DNA of 64,000 bases from Acidimicrobiia bacterium. GTDB lineage: Bacteria > Actinomycetota > Acidimicrobiia > IMCC26256 > PALSA-555. The stretch lies in assembly GCA_040881685.1 (NCBI GenBank), contig JBBECS010000002.1:105287-169286 (forward strand), written 5' to 3'. Below are positions 46,197 to 56,725 of this stretch, in pieces. Made by a program: the position numbers and the translations under genes. The first letter of the stretch is position 1. Every line of letters begins with the position of its first letter. The notes below the pieces were generated by a model that was not told the origin of the DNA, did no database searches, and worked only from the letters and a program-made list of their open reading frames with translations.

Positions 46197-47995
46197 GGGT
46201 CGTCGCGACGGCGGGGCATGTGGACCATGGGAAGTCCACGCTCGTGCTCGCGCTCACGGGCACGGACCCCGACCGGTTTCCGGAAGAGAAGGCGCGTGGT
46301 CTCACGATCGACCTCGGCTTCGCGTTCACCACGCTGCCTTCCGGCATCGAGGTCGGCTTCGTCGACGTGCCCGGTCACGTGCGCTTCATCAAGAACATGC
46401 TCGCGGGCGTCGGCGCGGTGGAAGTCGCGCTCGTCGTCGTCGACGCCAGCGAAGGATGGATGCCGCAGAGCGAGGAGCACCTTCGCATCCTCGAGCTGCT
46501 CGGCGTGCGCCACGGCATCGTGGCGCTCACGAAGGCCGACGTCGTCGACGCCGAGACCCTCGAGCTCGCGGCGCTCGAGGTTGTCGAGCATCTCGCAGGC
46601 TCCACGCTCGCGGATGCGCCGGTCGTCGTCTGCGATTCGGTGTCGGGGCGCGGGATCGACGACGTGCGAGCCGCTCTCGACGCGGTGCTCGCCGACGCAC
46701 CCGCGGCGCCTGACGTAAGGCGACCGCGGTTGTGGATCGATCGCGTGTTCACGGCTCGTGGCGCCGGCACGATCGTCACCGGGACACTCACCGGTGGCTC
46801 CTTCGCCATCGACGATGAGGTCGACGCCGGCGGGCGGCGAGCACGCGTGCGGGGCATCGAGACCGCTGGTCGCAAGGCCGGTACCGCTGGACCCGGTACG
46901 CGCGTCGCCTTGAATCTGGCCGGTGTCGAGCATCGCGACCTCGCCCGTGGTGACGCGGTGGTCACCCCGTCGCAGTGGTCCGTGCCGCGCGTGGTCGATG
47001 TCGCGCTGCTCAAGCTCGCGGGCGAGGAAGTCCGTCGGCGGGGACGATTCCAGGCGTACGTCGGGTCGGGCGAACGGCGGGTGTGGCTCCGCGTGCTCGA
47101 CGATGCCGGCGCATATGCGCGGCTTCGGTTCGACGAGGTGGTGCCGCTGGCGCCGGGAGATCGGCTCGTGCTGCGCGACGCGGGCCGCAGACGGACCGTC
47201 GCCGGCGCCGAAGTTCTCGATGTCGAGCCGGTCGGCCGGGCCAAGGACGCGCCCGCCCGGCTCTCGCTGCCGATCGGTGGGCGCCTCCTCGCCTCCCGCC
47301 CGTGGCTGGCCGTGGGCGATATCCCACGACTGGTTGGGTGCTCCGAACGCGCCGCGACCGCGCTCGTCGACGAGCTGGTCGGAGTGGGCCACGCCGAGCG
47401 CGTCGGTGAGTGGATCGTTGACCCCGCAACGCTCGCGAGCTTCCGAGCGGAGGTGGGCGGGCGCGCCCTTGCCCACCATTCGGCCCACCCGATGGATCTC
47501 GGAATCGAGCTGGGCGCGGTGGCGAACGCGCTGCGCGTCACTCCCGAGCAGCTGCGGAGCGCGATGGTTGGGGCAACCGATGTCGTCGTCGAGCGCGGCG
47601 TCGTGCGCCACACGTCCCATGGGGGGATCGCGGCCGAAACTCCAGAGGCGCGGAGACTTCTGGCCGCGCTCGCCGCCGCGCCGTTCTCGCCCCCGGAGCC
47701 TCAGGATGTCGGCGCAGACAAGGCGCTGGTGCGCGCGCTCGTGCGCGAGGGCGCGCTGATCGACGTCGACCGAGTCGTGTTCAGTGCCGAGGCGCTCGGC
47801 CAAGCCCGCGCGCTGGTGCTCGACGCGCTCCGCGACCGTGGCCACCTGACCGTCGCCGACATTCGCGATCTGCTCGGATCGACCCGGAAGTTCGTGCTAC
47901 CGATCGTGGGCTGGCTCGATCGCGAGGGCGTCACGCGTCGGCGCGGTGACGATCGCGTCCCCGGGCCGACGTCAGGCTTGGGCGAGCTCCTCTGA
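46193..47995 (+). CDS. selB: Selenocysteine-specific translation elongation factor
   Basis: ATGA overlap with selA. ATAGHVDHGKSTLV and DVPGHVRFIKNM G-domain motifs, followed by a long winged-helix C-terminal region. Confidence 0.92.
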   Translation: MRVVATAGHVDHGKSTLVLALTGTDPDRFPEEKARGLTIDLGFAFTTLPSGIEVGFVDVPGHVRFIKNMLAGVGAVEVALVVVDASEGWMPQSEEHLRILELLGVRHGIVALTKADVVDAETLELAALEVVEHLAGSTLADAPVVVCDSVSGRGIDDVRAALDAVLADAPAAPDVRRPRLWIDRVFTARGAGTIVTGTLTGGSFAIDDEVDAGGRRARVRGIETAGRKAGTAGPGTRVALNLAGVEHRDLARGDAVVTPSQWSVPRVVDVALLKLAGEEVRRRGRFQAYVGSGERRVWLRVLDDAGAYARLRFDEVVPLAPGDRLVLRDAGRRRTVAGAEVLDVEPVGRAKDAPARLSLPIGGRLLASRPWLAVGDIPRLVGCSERAATALVDELVGVGHAERVGEWIVDPATLASFRAEVGGRALAHHSAHPMDLGIELGAVANALRVTPEQLRSAMVGATDVVVERGVVRHTSHGGIAAETPEARRLLAALAAAPFSPPEPQDVGADKALVRALVREGALIDVDRVVFSAEALGQARALVLDALRDRGHLTVADIRDLLGSTRKFVLPIVGWLDREGVTRRRGDDRVPGPTSGLGELL

Positions 47996-48256
47996 CACCG
48001 CGTCGGGATCCCAGAGCAGGCGTCGCTCGTTCTCGTTGAGGCCGCCCCAGATGCCGTGCCACTCGCGGATGCGCACCGCGTACTCGAGGCACTCGACCTG
48101 GACGGGACATCCACCGCAGATCGCCTTGGCCCGCGCTTCGCGCGCCTCGCGATCAGGCCTGGGCTCGGGCACGGTGGGCGCGAAGAACAGCACCGACTCC
48201 GGGCCGCGACAGGACGCACGTCGTTGCCAGATCTCGCCGACGGTACGAACGGCCAC
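47972..48256 (-). CDS. whiB: WhiB-family Fe-S transcription factor (WhiB4-like by synteny)
   Basis: 94 aa with C..CGGCPVQVEC (four Cys) and GIWGG. Lies next to an ArsA-like ATPase pair, as in the Mtb whiB4 region. The 3' end overlaps selB by 24 nt. Confidence 0.88.
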   Translation of the reverse strand: MAVRTVGEIWQRRASCRGPESVLFFAPTVPEPRPDREAREARAKAICGGCPVQVECLEYAVRIREWHGIWGGLNENERRLLWDPDAVSEELAQA

Positions 48257-48331
48257 AATCCCCCCGGGTGTCCGCCCGATTTCTCGGTGCGGGACGCTAC
48301 CGCGGGCCTGTCGGCACCGTAAAGAGGTTCG

Positions 48332-49642
48332 TCACTTCTTGCGCCGAGCCCGGTCCCGGTGGTCGTGGGCACCGCCGGACTCTGGCTCGACCTCGAGCAC
48401 GAGCCCCTCCACCGAGACCACGCGCACCACCCCGCCCGCCGCGATCGGCGTGGCGCGGTTCGTGCGGGCCCGCCACCGGGCGTCGCGGATCACGACGACG
48501 CCGTCTGGGTCCACGGCCACCTCGGCTGTGCCGATTTCGCCGACCACGCCCTCCCGCCCGACGGTCGGCGTCGAGAAGCGCGCTCGGATGAACGACGGGA
48601 TCGCAAGCACGTGGAACATCCCGACGGATGCGATCACGACCACGAACGCCCACCACGACGGCCTCAGATCAATCGTGCCGCCGTACAAGGTGACCGATCC
48701 GGCGATGAGCGCGACCGAGCCGACGGCCGTCCAGAAGCCCAAGCCGCCCGCTTGGGCGTCGATCGCGAAGCCGAACGTCGAGAGCAACAAGAGCGCGACC
48801 GCCCACCAATGGACCGGCAAATGGGAGAACCCGTAGAGCGCGCCCACGACACAGAGCGCGCCGACGAACGCGGCGAAGCCGATGCTCGCGGCGAAGAACT
48901 CGAACACGATGAGCGCCAAGCCAATGACGAGGAAGAAGTACGCGACCGTCGGGCTGATCAGGCTGTGCTGCACTTGACCGGCCAGATCGAGCGTCTCGAA
49001 CACAACCTCTTGATTGGGCTGACGCCTCCGGTCGCGCCCTTCGCCGATCACCTTCGCGGTCGAGAGCGTGTGCTCGCCGTCGGCGGTCTCGATCGTCTTC
49101 CCGTCGAGCTTCACGATTGTCTCCCCGATCGTCGGTCGCTGCCCGTGGGGCACCTGGCCGGTGACCGTCAGGCCGGAATCACCGTCGTCCGATTGGTCGA
49201 GGCGGATCGGGTTTGGGGAACCGATCGTGGACCCCGGTGCACGGAACAAGCGATGCGCCGCGGCCGTGAGCACCGCCGCGCCACCCGTGGCTTCGGCCCC
49301 TGGCGGGCCGACCCAGATCACCACGGGAACCCGTGAGCGGTTGATGGCGCGCATCACCGGATCGACATCGGCGATCGCGCCACGCGCGTCGAGCTGGATC
49401 AGCAAGAGCGTGCGTCGGTCGGCATTGACCTGCTTGATCGTGTCCTTGAGGAGCGACACATTGGGAACGTCGAGCAAACCCTTGATCTGCACGACGACGA
49501 TGCCGCGTCGCTCATCGCCTCCGGCCGCTGCGGGTCCAGCGATCGCTGCGTACGCGCCAATCACCAGCAGTGCACACGCAACGAGCCGTGTCCTGTGGAG
49601 CCAACGCAGACGCCTCGTAGCATTCGGGCGATGCAGCTCCAT
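48332..49642 (-). CDS. nfeD: NfeD-family membrane-bound ClpP-class protease
   Basis: Start at MELHRPNATRR (ATG 49642). Signal/anchor, then VVVQIKGLLD..IQLDARGA..VVIWVGPPGAEATGGAA, TM bundle, and a C-terminal OB domain GVVVIRDARWRART..VRVVSVEGLVLEV. Confidence 0.83.
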   Translation of the reverse strand: MELHRPNATRRLRWLHRTRLVACALLVIGAYAAIAGPAAAGGDERRGIVVVQIKGLLDVPNVSLLKDTIKQVNADRRTLLLIQLDARGAIADVDPVMRAINRSRVPVVIWVGPPGAEATGGAAVLTAAAHRLFRAPGSTIGSPNPIRLDQSDDGDSGLTVTGQVPHGQRPTIGETIVKLDGKTIETADGEHTLSTAKVIGEGRDRRRQPNQEVVFETLDLAGQVQHSLISPTVAYFFLVIGLALIVFEFFAASIGFAAFVGALCVVGALYGFSHLPVHWWAVALLLLSTFGFAIDAQAGGLGFWTAVGSVALIAGSVTLYGGTIDLRPSWWAFVVVIASVGMFHVLAIPSFIRARFSTPTVGREGVVGEIGTAEVAVDPDGVVVIRDARWRARTNRATPIAAGGVVRVVSVEGLVLEVEPESGGAHDHRDRARRKK

Positions 49643-50575
49643 GACTTCTGCTCCACCTCCCGGGTCGTGATCGTTGCGGGCAAGGGTGGTGTCGGCAAGA
49701 CCACCGTGACGGCCGCGCTCGCCACGGCGGCGGCGCGCGCGGGCACGAGCGTGCTGATCGTGGAGGTCGAAGGCAAATCGGGGCTGAGCACCGCGCTCGG
49801 CTGCCCGCCGCTCGAATACGACGAACGCGAGGTGCAGCCGGGGTTGCGCGCCCGCACGCTGACGCCGGATCACGCCCTGCTCGAGTACCTGGAGGAGCGC
49901 GGGCTGCGCCGGGTCTCCAAGCAGCTCGTGCGCTCCGGCGCGCTCGACGTCGTCGCCACCGCCGTACCCGGGATGAAGGACATCCTCGTGCTCGGCAAGG
50001 TGAAGCAGCTCGAGCGGGCCGGTGCGGCCGATCTCATCCTCATCGACGCACCAGCCGCCGGCCACGCCATCACGTTCCTGCTCTCGGCTCGCGGGCTCCT
50101 CGACGCGGTCCGCGTCGGCCCGGTGCGCCATCAGGCCGAAGACGTGATCGAGCTGCTGTCCGATCCGGAGCGCTGCCGCGTGATGCTCGTGACGCTGCCG
50201 GAGGAGACACCGGTGAACGAGCTCGTCGAGACCGCGTTCGCGCTCGAGGACCGCGTCGGCATCAAGCTCGGACCGGTCGTCGTCAACGCGGTGCCGGGCG
50301 ACCTTGCGCTGGTTGGCAGCAGTACCGCTGACGACGCGGCCGCCGCGGGCCTGGCACTTCCGGACGAGGCGAGCGCACTCGACGCGGCTGCCTCGTTCCG
50401 CCACGACCGCCACGCGCTCGCTTCTGTGCAAGCCGACCGGCTGAAGACGCTCCTCCCGCTCCCCCAGCTCCGGTTGCCGTTCGTCTTCGGCGCGATCGGT
50501 CCGGGTGAGGTGGACCGGCTCGCCGACGCGCTTGCGGGTGAGATCGCCGCGCTCCCGGAGCCAGTTGCGCCGTGA
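49631..50575 (+). CDS. ArsA/Get3-like ATPase (Rv3679-like)
   Basis: MQLHDFCSTSRVVIVAGKGGVGKTTVTAALA. Start chosen at ATG 49631, which overlaps the divergent nfeD start by 12 nt. Confidence 0.83.
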   Translation: MQLHDFCSTSRVVIVAGKGGVGKTTVTAALATAAARAGTSVLIVEVEGKSGLSTALGCPPLEYDEREVQPGLRARTLTPDHALLEYLEERGLRRVSKQLVRSGALDVVATAVPGMKDILVLGKVKQLERAGAADLILIDAPAAGHAITFLLSARGLLDAVRVGPVRHQAEDVIELLSDPERCRVMLVTLPEETPVNELVETAFALEDRVGIKLGPVVVNAVPGDLALVGSSTADDAAAAGLALPDEASALDAAASFRHDRHALASVQADRLKTLLPLPQLRLPFVFGAIGPGEVDRLADALAGEIAALPEPVAP

Positions 50576-51702
50576 GCGTCGTCCGGCTCATCAACGAGGA
50601 CCACGTCGTGGTCTGCTGCGGCACCGGTGGTGTCGGCAAGACGACCACATCGGCCGTGCTCGCGCTCGCCGCCGCGCGCCGTGGTCGCAACGCCGTGGTC
50701 GTCACGATCGACCCGGCCAAGCGCCTTGCCGACACCCTCGGTCTCGACGAGCTCGGTGAGAGCGCCCAGGAGATCGCGCGAGCTCGATGGGACCCGAGCG
50801 GCAGCGCCCCGGAAACGGGTCGACTCTCAGCGCTGATGCTCGACACGCACGCCACGTTCGACGCGCTCGTGCACAAGCACGCGAGCAGCCCCGAGCAAGC
50901 CCAACGCATCCTGGACAACCGCTTCTATCGCAACATCGCGGGCGCCCTGTCGGGAACCCAGGAGTACATGGCGATGGAGAAGCTGCACGAGCTCCACGAG
51001 GAAGGCGGCTACGACCTCATCGTGGTCGACACTCCGCCCACGCGCCACGCGCTCGACTTCCTGGATGCACCGGCTCGTCTCACCCGGATGCTCAACAACC
51101 GCATCTTCCGGTTCCTGATGATGCCGACGCGCCGTTCGATGCGGCTCGCGAGCTTCGCGGTGCAGACGTTCCTGCGGACGGTCGCGAAGGTGATCGGCGC
51201 GGAGGTGATCGACGACATCGTTGCGTTCTTCCGCGCGTTCGAAGGCATGGAGCAGGGCTTCCGGGAGCGAGCCGGCCGGGTGACCGAGCTCCTCGGCGCC
51301 GCCGGCACCGCCTTCGTGCTCGTCACGTCGCCACGGCGCGACGCGGTCGATGAAGCCGAGTTCTTTGCCGAGCGACTGCGAGAGAGCGATCTGCGTGTCG
51401 CCGCGCTCATCGTGAACCGCGTCCATCCCGACTTCGGGTTCGGGAGCGACCCCGACGTGTTGCGCCAGCGCGCGGTTGCCCTTGCTGGCTCGGACGGCGT
51501 CGCGGCCGATCGGCTGGCCGCTCGTTACGAAAACCTCGCCGACTACGTGGCGCTGGCGCGGCACGAGCGCGACGAGCTCGCGCGAGCGGGAGACCGCATC
51601 GGTGCAGGCGCGGTTGCCTACGTGCCTTCGCTCCCACATGACGTCGTCGACATCGCCGCGCTCGACGCGGTGAGCTTCTACCTCGTCGGCCAGGTGAAGT
51701 AG
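50572..51702 (+). CDS. ArsA/Get3-like ATPase (Rv3680-like)
   Basis: GTGA overlap with the upstream gene. VVVCCGTGGVGKTTTSAVLA and LIVVDTPPTRHALDFL. Confidence 0.85.
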   Translation: MSVVRLINEDHVVVCCGTGGVGKTTTSAVLALAAARRGRNAVVVTIDPAKRLADTLGLDELGESAQEIARARWDPSGSAPETGRLSALMLDTHATFDALVHKHASSPEQAQRILDNRFYRNIAGALSGTQEYMAMEKLHELHEEGGYDLIVVDTPPTRHALDFLDAPARLTRMLNNRIFRFLMMPTRRSMRLASFAVQTFLRTVAKVIGAEVIDDIVAFFRAFEGMEQGFRERAGRVTELLGAAGTAFVLVTSPRRDAVDEAEFFAERLRESDLRVAALIVNRVHPDFGFGSDPDVLRQRAVALAGSDGVAADRLAARYENLADYVALARHERDELARAGDRIGAGAVAYVPSLPHDVVDIAALDAVSFYLVGQVK

Positions 51703-51713
51703 GTTCGCTCGCC

Positions 51714-52094
51714 GTGGGCACGATCTTGGTGGCGGCAGACGGTCATTGGATTCGTGACCAGGTGCGCGCCGCTTTCGTTGCGCCGGGACAAGAGGTCATC
51801 GAGGCGACGCGCGGCCAGGACGTGCGCGACCTCGTCCGGACGCAGAAGCCCGACCTGGTGATCCTCGATCTGCAGATCGCCAACATGGGCGGGATCGCGG
51901 TGGCCATCGACCTGCACCTCGAGGCGTCGGCCGGACGGGTGCCCGAAGTGCCGATCCTCTTGCTGCTCGATCGCGAAGCCGACCGCTTTCTCGCCAAGCG
52001 GGCCGACGCCGACGCGGAGCTGGTCAAGCCAGTCGACGCGTCGACGCTGCGGCGGGCTGCCAAGCCATTGCTCTCGGAGCCTGCTCCGGCCTGA
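51714..52094 (+). CDS. Stand-alone response-regulator receiver domain protein
   Basis: 126 aa with ILVAADG.., PDLVILDLQIANMGG, and LVKPVD (conserved Asp and Lys present). Confidence 0.8.
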   Translation: MGTILVAADGHWIRDQVRAAFVAPGQEVIEATRGQDVRDLVRTQKPDLVILDLQIANMGGIAVAIDLHLEASAGRVPEVPILLLLDREADRFLAKRADADAELVKPVDASTLRRAAKPLLSEPAPA

Positions 52095-52116
52095 TCACTA
52101 CAATCGGTTCCCCCAA

Positions 52117-52193
<77 letters not shown>

Positions 52194-52198
52194 CCTAG

Positions 52199-53221
52199 TC
52201 AGAGCAGCAGTTCCGCGAGCTGGACGGCGTTGAGGGCGGCGCCCTTGCGGAGGTTGTCACCGGTGACCCACAGGTCCAGCGTGTTCGCCTGGGACTCGTC
52301 CTCGCGGATGCGGCCGACCAGCACCGGGTCGATGCCTGCACTCTCGAGGGGTGTCGGTGCGCCATCGACGCCGTCGAGCACGGCTACGCCCGGCGCGCGG
52401 GCCAAGACGCTCGCGGCCTCGTCGCGTGAGATGGCCCGCTGGAACTGCACGTTCGCCGACATGGCGTGTCCGACGTACACCGGCACGCGCACGCAGGTGC
52501 CTGTGACGCGCAGATCAGGTGCGTGCAGGATCTTGCGGCTCTCGTCGCGCAGCTTGCGCTCCTCCGACGTGACGCCACTCGCGTCAAGCGAGCCCGCGAG
52601 CGGGATCACGTTCCCGGCAATGGGCTTCGGCCAGATCTCACCCGGCTCGATCGCGCCCGGTGTCGCTCCGGCGCGGCTGAGCACGTCTTCCTGGCCCGCG
52701 CCCTTCGTCCACTGACCGGCGAGCTCGTCGACACCGGGTTGACCTGCGCCCGACACTGACTGGTACGTCGACACCACGAGGCGCTCGATTCCCGCTGCGC
52801 GGTGCAGCGGAGCCAGCGCGGTCACCAGCACCATCGTCGTGCAGTTGGGGCACGAGATGATGCCCTTCGGGAGCTCCCGCACATCGTCGGGGTTGATCTC
52901 CGCCACCACGAGCGGAACCTCGGGATCCATGCGGAACGCCGCCGAGTTGTCGATGACCTTCGCGCCCGCGGCAGCTGCGCGCGGAGCCCACTCGAGCGCG
53001 AGCGGATCGTCGACGTCAACGATCACGAGGTCGAGCCCGTCGAAGCAACCGTCACGCAGCACGGCGCACGTGACCTCACCACCCGCAAACGGAAGCCGTC
53101 GACCCTCGGAGCGCGGCGACGCGTACACGCGCAGCTCCGACACCGGGAACGAGCGCTCCTCGAGCACACGCAGCATCTCGGTTCCGACGACGCCCGTGGC
53201 GCCAACCACACCCACTCGCAT
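52199..53221 (-). CDS. asd: Aspartate-semialdehyde dehydrogenase
   Basis: 340 aa with VGATGVVG and the active-site motif IISCPNCTT. Confidence 0.96.
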   Translation of the reverse strand: MRVGVVGATGVVGTEMLRVLEERSFPVSELRVYASPRSEGRRLPFAGGEVTCAVLRDGCFDGLDLVIVDVDDPLALEWAPRAAAAGAKVIDNSAAFRMDPEVPLVVAEINPDDVRELPKGIISCPNCTTMVLVTALAPLHRAAGIERLVVSTYQSVSGAGQPGVDELAGQWTKGAGQEDVLSRAGATPGAIEPGEIWPKPIAGNVIPLAGSLDASGVTSEERKLRDESRKILHAPDLRVTGTCVRVPVYVGHAMSANVQFQRAISRDEAASVLARAPGVAVLDGVDGAPTPLESAGIDPVLVGRIREDESQANTLDLWVTGDNLRKGAALNAVQLAELLL

Positions 53222-53227
53222 GCCGAT

Positions 53228-54445
53228 TTACGCCTTCTCCAGCTCGAACGCATCGTGCAGCGCCCGAACGGCCTTCTCCACGTCGGCCTCCTGGACCACG
53301 CACGAGATGCGGATCGACGAGGTGGAGATCATCTCGATGTTCACGTGCTCGCGCGCGAGCACCTCGAACATGGTCGCGGCCACGCCCGGATGGGTCTTCA
53401 TGCCGGCCCCGACGAGCGAGACCCGCCCGATTCCCTCGTCGGGAGTGAAGCCCGAAGCGCTGACGTCTTCGACGAGCTGCTCCATCACCTTCCCGGCCCG
53501 GCCGAGGTCTTCCTTGGGCAGCGTGAAGGAGATGTCGGTGTGACCGGCGGTCGACACGTTCTGCACGATCATGTCCACGTTGATCGCCTCGTCGGCCAAC
53601 GCGCGGAACACCTTGGCCGCGACGCCCGGTCGGTCGGGAACGTGGGACAGCGTGATCTTGGCCTCGGAGGTGTCGTTCGTGACGCCCGAGATGATCGCTT
53701 GCTCCATCGCTTCCTCCTCGTTCACGACCCACGTGCCTGGTTCCCACGTGAAGCTCGACCGCACATGTACCCGAACGCCGTGGTTCCGGGCGAACTCGAC
53801 GGATCGCAGCGCCAGGACGCGTGAGCCCGTCGCCGCCATGTCGAGCATCTCCTCGTACGACAACCGCTCGAGTCGCCGAGCCCGAGGCACGAGGCGGGGG
53901 TCTGCAGTGAACACGCCATCGACGTCCGTGTAGATCTCGCACGCCTCCGCGTCGAGCGCGGCGGCGAGCGCAACTGCCGTCGTGTCGGACCCGCCGCGGC
54001 CGAGCGTGGTCACGTCGAACGCGGTCGAGACACCTTGGAATCCGGCGACGACCGCGACGGCACCCTGGTCGATCGCCTCGCGCAGGCGGTCGGCGCGGAC
54101 ATCGACGATCTTCGCCTTCCGATGCGTGGTGTCGGTGACGATCCCGGCCTGGGAGCCTGTGAAGCTCACCGCGTGCTCACCGCGATCGATGATCGCCATG
54201 CACAGCAAGGCGATCGAGATCCGCTCGCCCGACGTGAGCAGCATGTCCATCTCGCGCGCGTTGGGCGACGCCGACACTTCGTGCGCAAGCTGTTCGAGCT
54301 CGTCGGTGGTCTTGCCCATCGCCGACACGACGACGACGACCTCGTTGCCGGCGCGACGTGTCGCGACGATGTGCTCGGCGACAGCCTTGATCCGCTCTGG
54401 GTCGGCCACAGACGTGCCGCCGTACTTTTGCACGACGAGGCTCAC
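53228..54445 (-). CDS. ask: Aspartate kinase
   Basis: GTG 54445 gives [27 protein letters not shown], the same N-terminus layout as actinobacterial Ask. Two ACT domains. An alternative ATG at 54487 would add 14 aa. Confidence 0.94.
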   Translation of the reverse strand: MSLVVQKYGGTSVADPERIKAVAEHIVATRRAGNEVVVVVSAMGKTTDELEQLAHEVSASPNAREMDMLLTSGERISIALLCMAIIDRGEHAVSFTGSQAGIVTDTTHRKAKIVDVRADRLREAIDQGAVAVVAGFQGVSTAFDVTTLGRGGSDTTAVALAAALDAEACEIYTDVDGVFTADPRLVPRARRLERLSYEEMLDMAATGSRVLALRSVEFARNHGVRVHVRSSFTWEPGTWVVNEEEAMEQAIISGVTNDTSEAKITLSHVPDRPGVAAKVFRALADEAINVDMIVQNVSTAGHTDISFTLPKEDLGRAGKVMEQLVEDVSASGFTPDEGIGRVSLVGAGMKTHPGVAATMFEVLAREHVNIEMISTSSIRISCVVQEADVEKAVRALHDAFELEKA

Positions 54446-54584
54446 GGCATCGATGGTACCGGGGGACCTGCCGCGAACCTCCTTCATTGCCGAGTCCTCG
54501 TACCGTTTGGTCGCGCTCGCTCGGCGCGGGGATGCTCCGCGCCACCCCTTTGGGGACGCTCGACTGCTCCTAGACTCCCGGCCC

Positions 54585-55373
54585 GTGTCGAAGCAATCGA
54601 AGCGTGATCGGCAGCGTGAGAACCGCGAGGCTCGCCGCCAGTACGAGGAGGCGCTCGCCCGTCGGCGCCGCACGTTCAAGACGGCTCGCCTCTTCGCGAT
54701 CTTCCTGGTGCCGGTGATCGCGATTGGCGCGTACCTGAGCATTTCAGCGAAGGACGAGAAGACCGGGGGCGCCGCCGCGGGCGCGTGCCGAGACGTGAAG
54801 AAGCCGAAACCCAAGGACGACACTTTCGCCGCGGCCGAGCCCACGATCACCGACACGACCAAGACCTATGTCGCGGAGGTCGTCACGAGCTGCGGATCGT
54901 TCACGATCCAGCTCGCGGCGGCCGAAGCCCCCGAGACGGTGAACTCGTTCGCCTTCCTTGCGAACGAGGGGTTCTACGACAGCTTGACCTTCCATCGATT
55001 GGTGAAGGACTTCGTGATCCAGGGTGGCGATCCCAAGGGCGACGGCACCGGCGGACCCGGGTACACGGTGCCCGACGAGCCCCCCACGAACGGCTACCAG
55101 GAGGGGTCCGTCGCGATGGCCAACTCCGGTGCAGGAACCACGGGCTCGCAGTTCTTCGTCGTCACCACCGCCGAAGGCGCGGCCAACCTCGGGGGTCCGC
55201 CGTTCTTGTACTCGATCCTGGGTCAGGTGACCGAGGGCTTCGAGACCGTGTTGCGGATCGAGAAGCTGGCGAAGCCCGACCAGCAACCGAAGAAGATCGT
55301 GGTGATCGACAAGGTGACGGTCACCGAGGTTGGCGCGACGGCGCCGTCCACCACGACGACGACTTCAGGCTGA
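54585..55373 (+). CDS. Membrane-anchored cyclophilin-type peptidyl-prolyl isomerase
   Basis: GTG 54585. Basic N-terminus plus [18 protein letters not shown], then [15 protein letters not shown] and [14 protein letters not shown]. Confidence 0.9.
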   Translation: MSKQSKRDRQRENREARRQYEEALARRRRTFKTARLFAIFLVPVIAIGAYLSISAKDEKTGGAAAGACRDVKKPKPKDDTFAAAEPTITDTTKTYVAEVVTSCGSFTIQLAAAEAPETVNSFAFLANEGFYDSLTFHRLVKDFVIQGGDPKGDGTGGPGYTVPDEPPTNGYQEGSVAMANSGAGTTGSQFFVVTTAEGAANLGGPPFLYSILGQVTEGFETVLRIEKLAKPDQQPKKIVVIDKVTVTEVGATAPSTTTTTSG

Positions 55374-56066
55374 GAGCTCATCGATCGCGCTGCCGGTCGC
55401 GAACTGTTTCGTGTCACGGCCGGTGTACACCGTCACGGCGCCCACACCCGCGGTGCGCCACGCGCCGTCGGGGTCGCGCACCAGCGCCGTCTGCTCGTCG
55501 ATGCCGATCAGCGTGGCGTTCTTGGGCAAGAGATCGATCGAGCGCTCGCGCAGGTGATCGGCGGCAGTGCCGTGATACGGGAACACCGCGAGGTTGGGAA
55601 CGACGCCGAGTCCGACGGTGTACGCACCGCCACGCGGATCCACCATTGGATCGCACACGAGCGTCGCCCCGGCACCCGACGCGGCGAGCACGCCACCCGC
55701 GTGGTACGACCCGAGCATCGCGTCCCACAACGACGACGACTTGAGCACGGAGCGCAGGTGTAGCGGCGAGCCGTCGGCCACGTACACCATGCGCGCCTTG
55801 CGCACCGCCTCGACCGTCTTCGGGTCCTCACCGTCGGCTCGCCGTAGGACCATCGGCGCACGAACTTTCGCGCCGAGCGCTTCGAAGTAGACGGTGGCGC
55901 GCTCGACAACACGCTCAGGGTGCTCGAAGGCCGCGGCCGACGGCAGCACCACGACCTCGCTCGCATCGGCGTTTGCGAGGAGCTCGCGGTCGAAGTCCTT
56001 GCAGCCCTCGTTCCACTCGCCGCCACCCACGAGCACAAGGGTTCCGCCAGCTCGGTTCGCGCTCAT
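55365..56066 (-). CDS. Peptidase S51 / cyanophycinase-like (class I GATase-like fold) protein
   Basis: 233 aa with LVLVGGGEW.., VYVADGSPLHL and GVLAASGAGATL. Confidence 0.7.
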   Translation of the reverse strand: MSANRAGGTLVLVGGGEWNEGCKDFDRELLANADASEVVVLPSAAAFEHPERVVERATVYFEALGAKVRAPMVLRRADGEDPKTVEAVRKARMVYVADGSPLHLRSVLKSSSLWDAMLGSYHAGGVLAASGAGATLVCDPMVDPRGGAYTVGLGVVPNLAVFPYHGTAADHLRERSIDLLPKNATLIGIDEQTALVRDPDGAWRTAGVGAVTVYTGRDTKQFATGSAIDELSA

Positions 56067-56172
56067 CTTGATTGGTCGACTCCGCTACGCCGTCCCGCTC
56101 GTCCGAGCGCGGCTCCGCTGGGTCTCATGAGGTGGCGAGACTACCGGTGGTCGAGCGCGCCATACTCGGATC

Positions 56173-56682
56173 GTGCAGACCGCGATCGCCGCCGTCGATC
56201 TCTACGCCACGCTTGGCGTCGAGCCGACCGCCACCGCCGAGGAGATCGCGGTCGCATTTCGGGTGCACGCCAAAGAGCTGCACCCGGACCGACACCCGGG
56301 AGACGCGGGTGTCGCCGAGCGATTCAAGACCTTGACGCACGCCTACAACGTCCTCGCGCGCCCCGAGAGTCGCGATGCCTACGACCGCCGCCGCACCGCG
56401 AGGAACACGCCGGTGTCGTCAGCCCCAACGGCGACGACGCACCATCCCGTGTTCCGCACGGCCCGACGGGCTCGGGCGGCGATCGGGATCGGCATTGGGC
56501 TGATCGTTCTCGGCACGGCCAGTGCGGTCCTGCTCGCCGGTCTGGACACCGGCGACGCGGCCAAGACCATCACGCTGTGGCTCGTCGTGGTGAAGCTCCT
56601 CGCCTGCGGCGTGCTGCTCTGGGGCCTCGGCTCCTGGCGCTTGCGGCGCCTGCGCGCCGACGCTCGGGTTACCGCGCGGTAA
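56173..56682 (+). CDS. J-domain membrane protein
   Basis: DLYATLGV..ELHPDRHPGD..AYNVL (HPD motif), followed by two TM spans. Confidence 0.8.
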   Translation: MQTAIAAVDLYATLGVEPTATAEEIAVAFRVHAKELHPDRHPGDAGVAERFKTLTHAYNVLARPESRDAYDRRRTARNTPVSSAPTATTHHPVFRTARRARAAIGIGIGLIVLGTASAVLLAGLDTGDAAKTITLWLVVVKLLACGVLLWGLGSWRLRRLRADARVTAR

Positions 56683-56725
56683 CGTCCGGGTGCCGACTGG
56701 GGCCGGAAGAGCGGAGATAGCCAGC

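Noticed and set aside
54446-54862. N-terminal extension of the aspartate kinase ORF, and a possible leader or riboswitch upstream of ask
   Set aside because: The extension is R/S-rich. The [10 protein letters not shown] start matches the family N-terminus. I recognise no L-box or other riboswitch core in the short upstream region.
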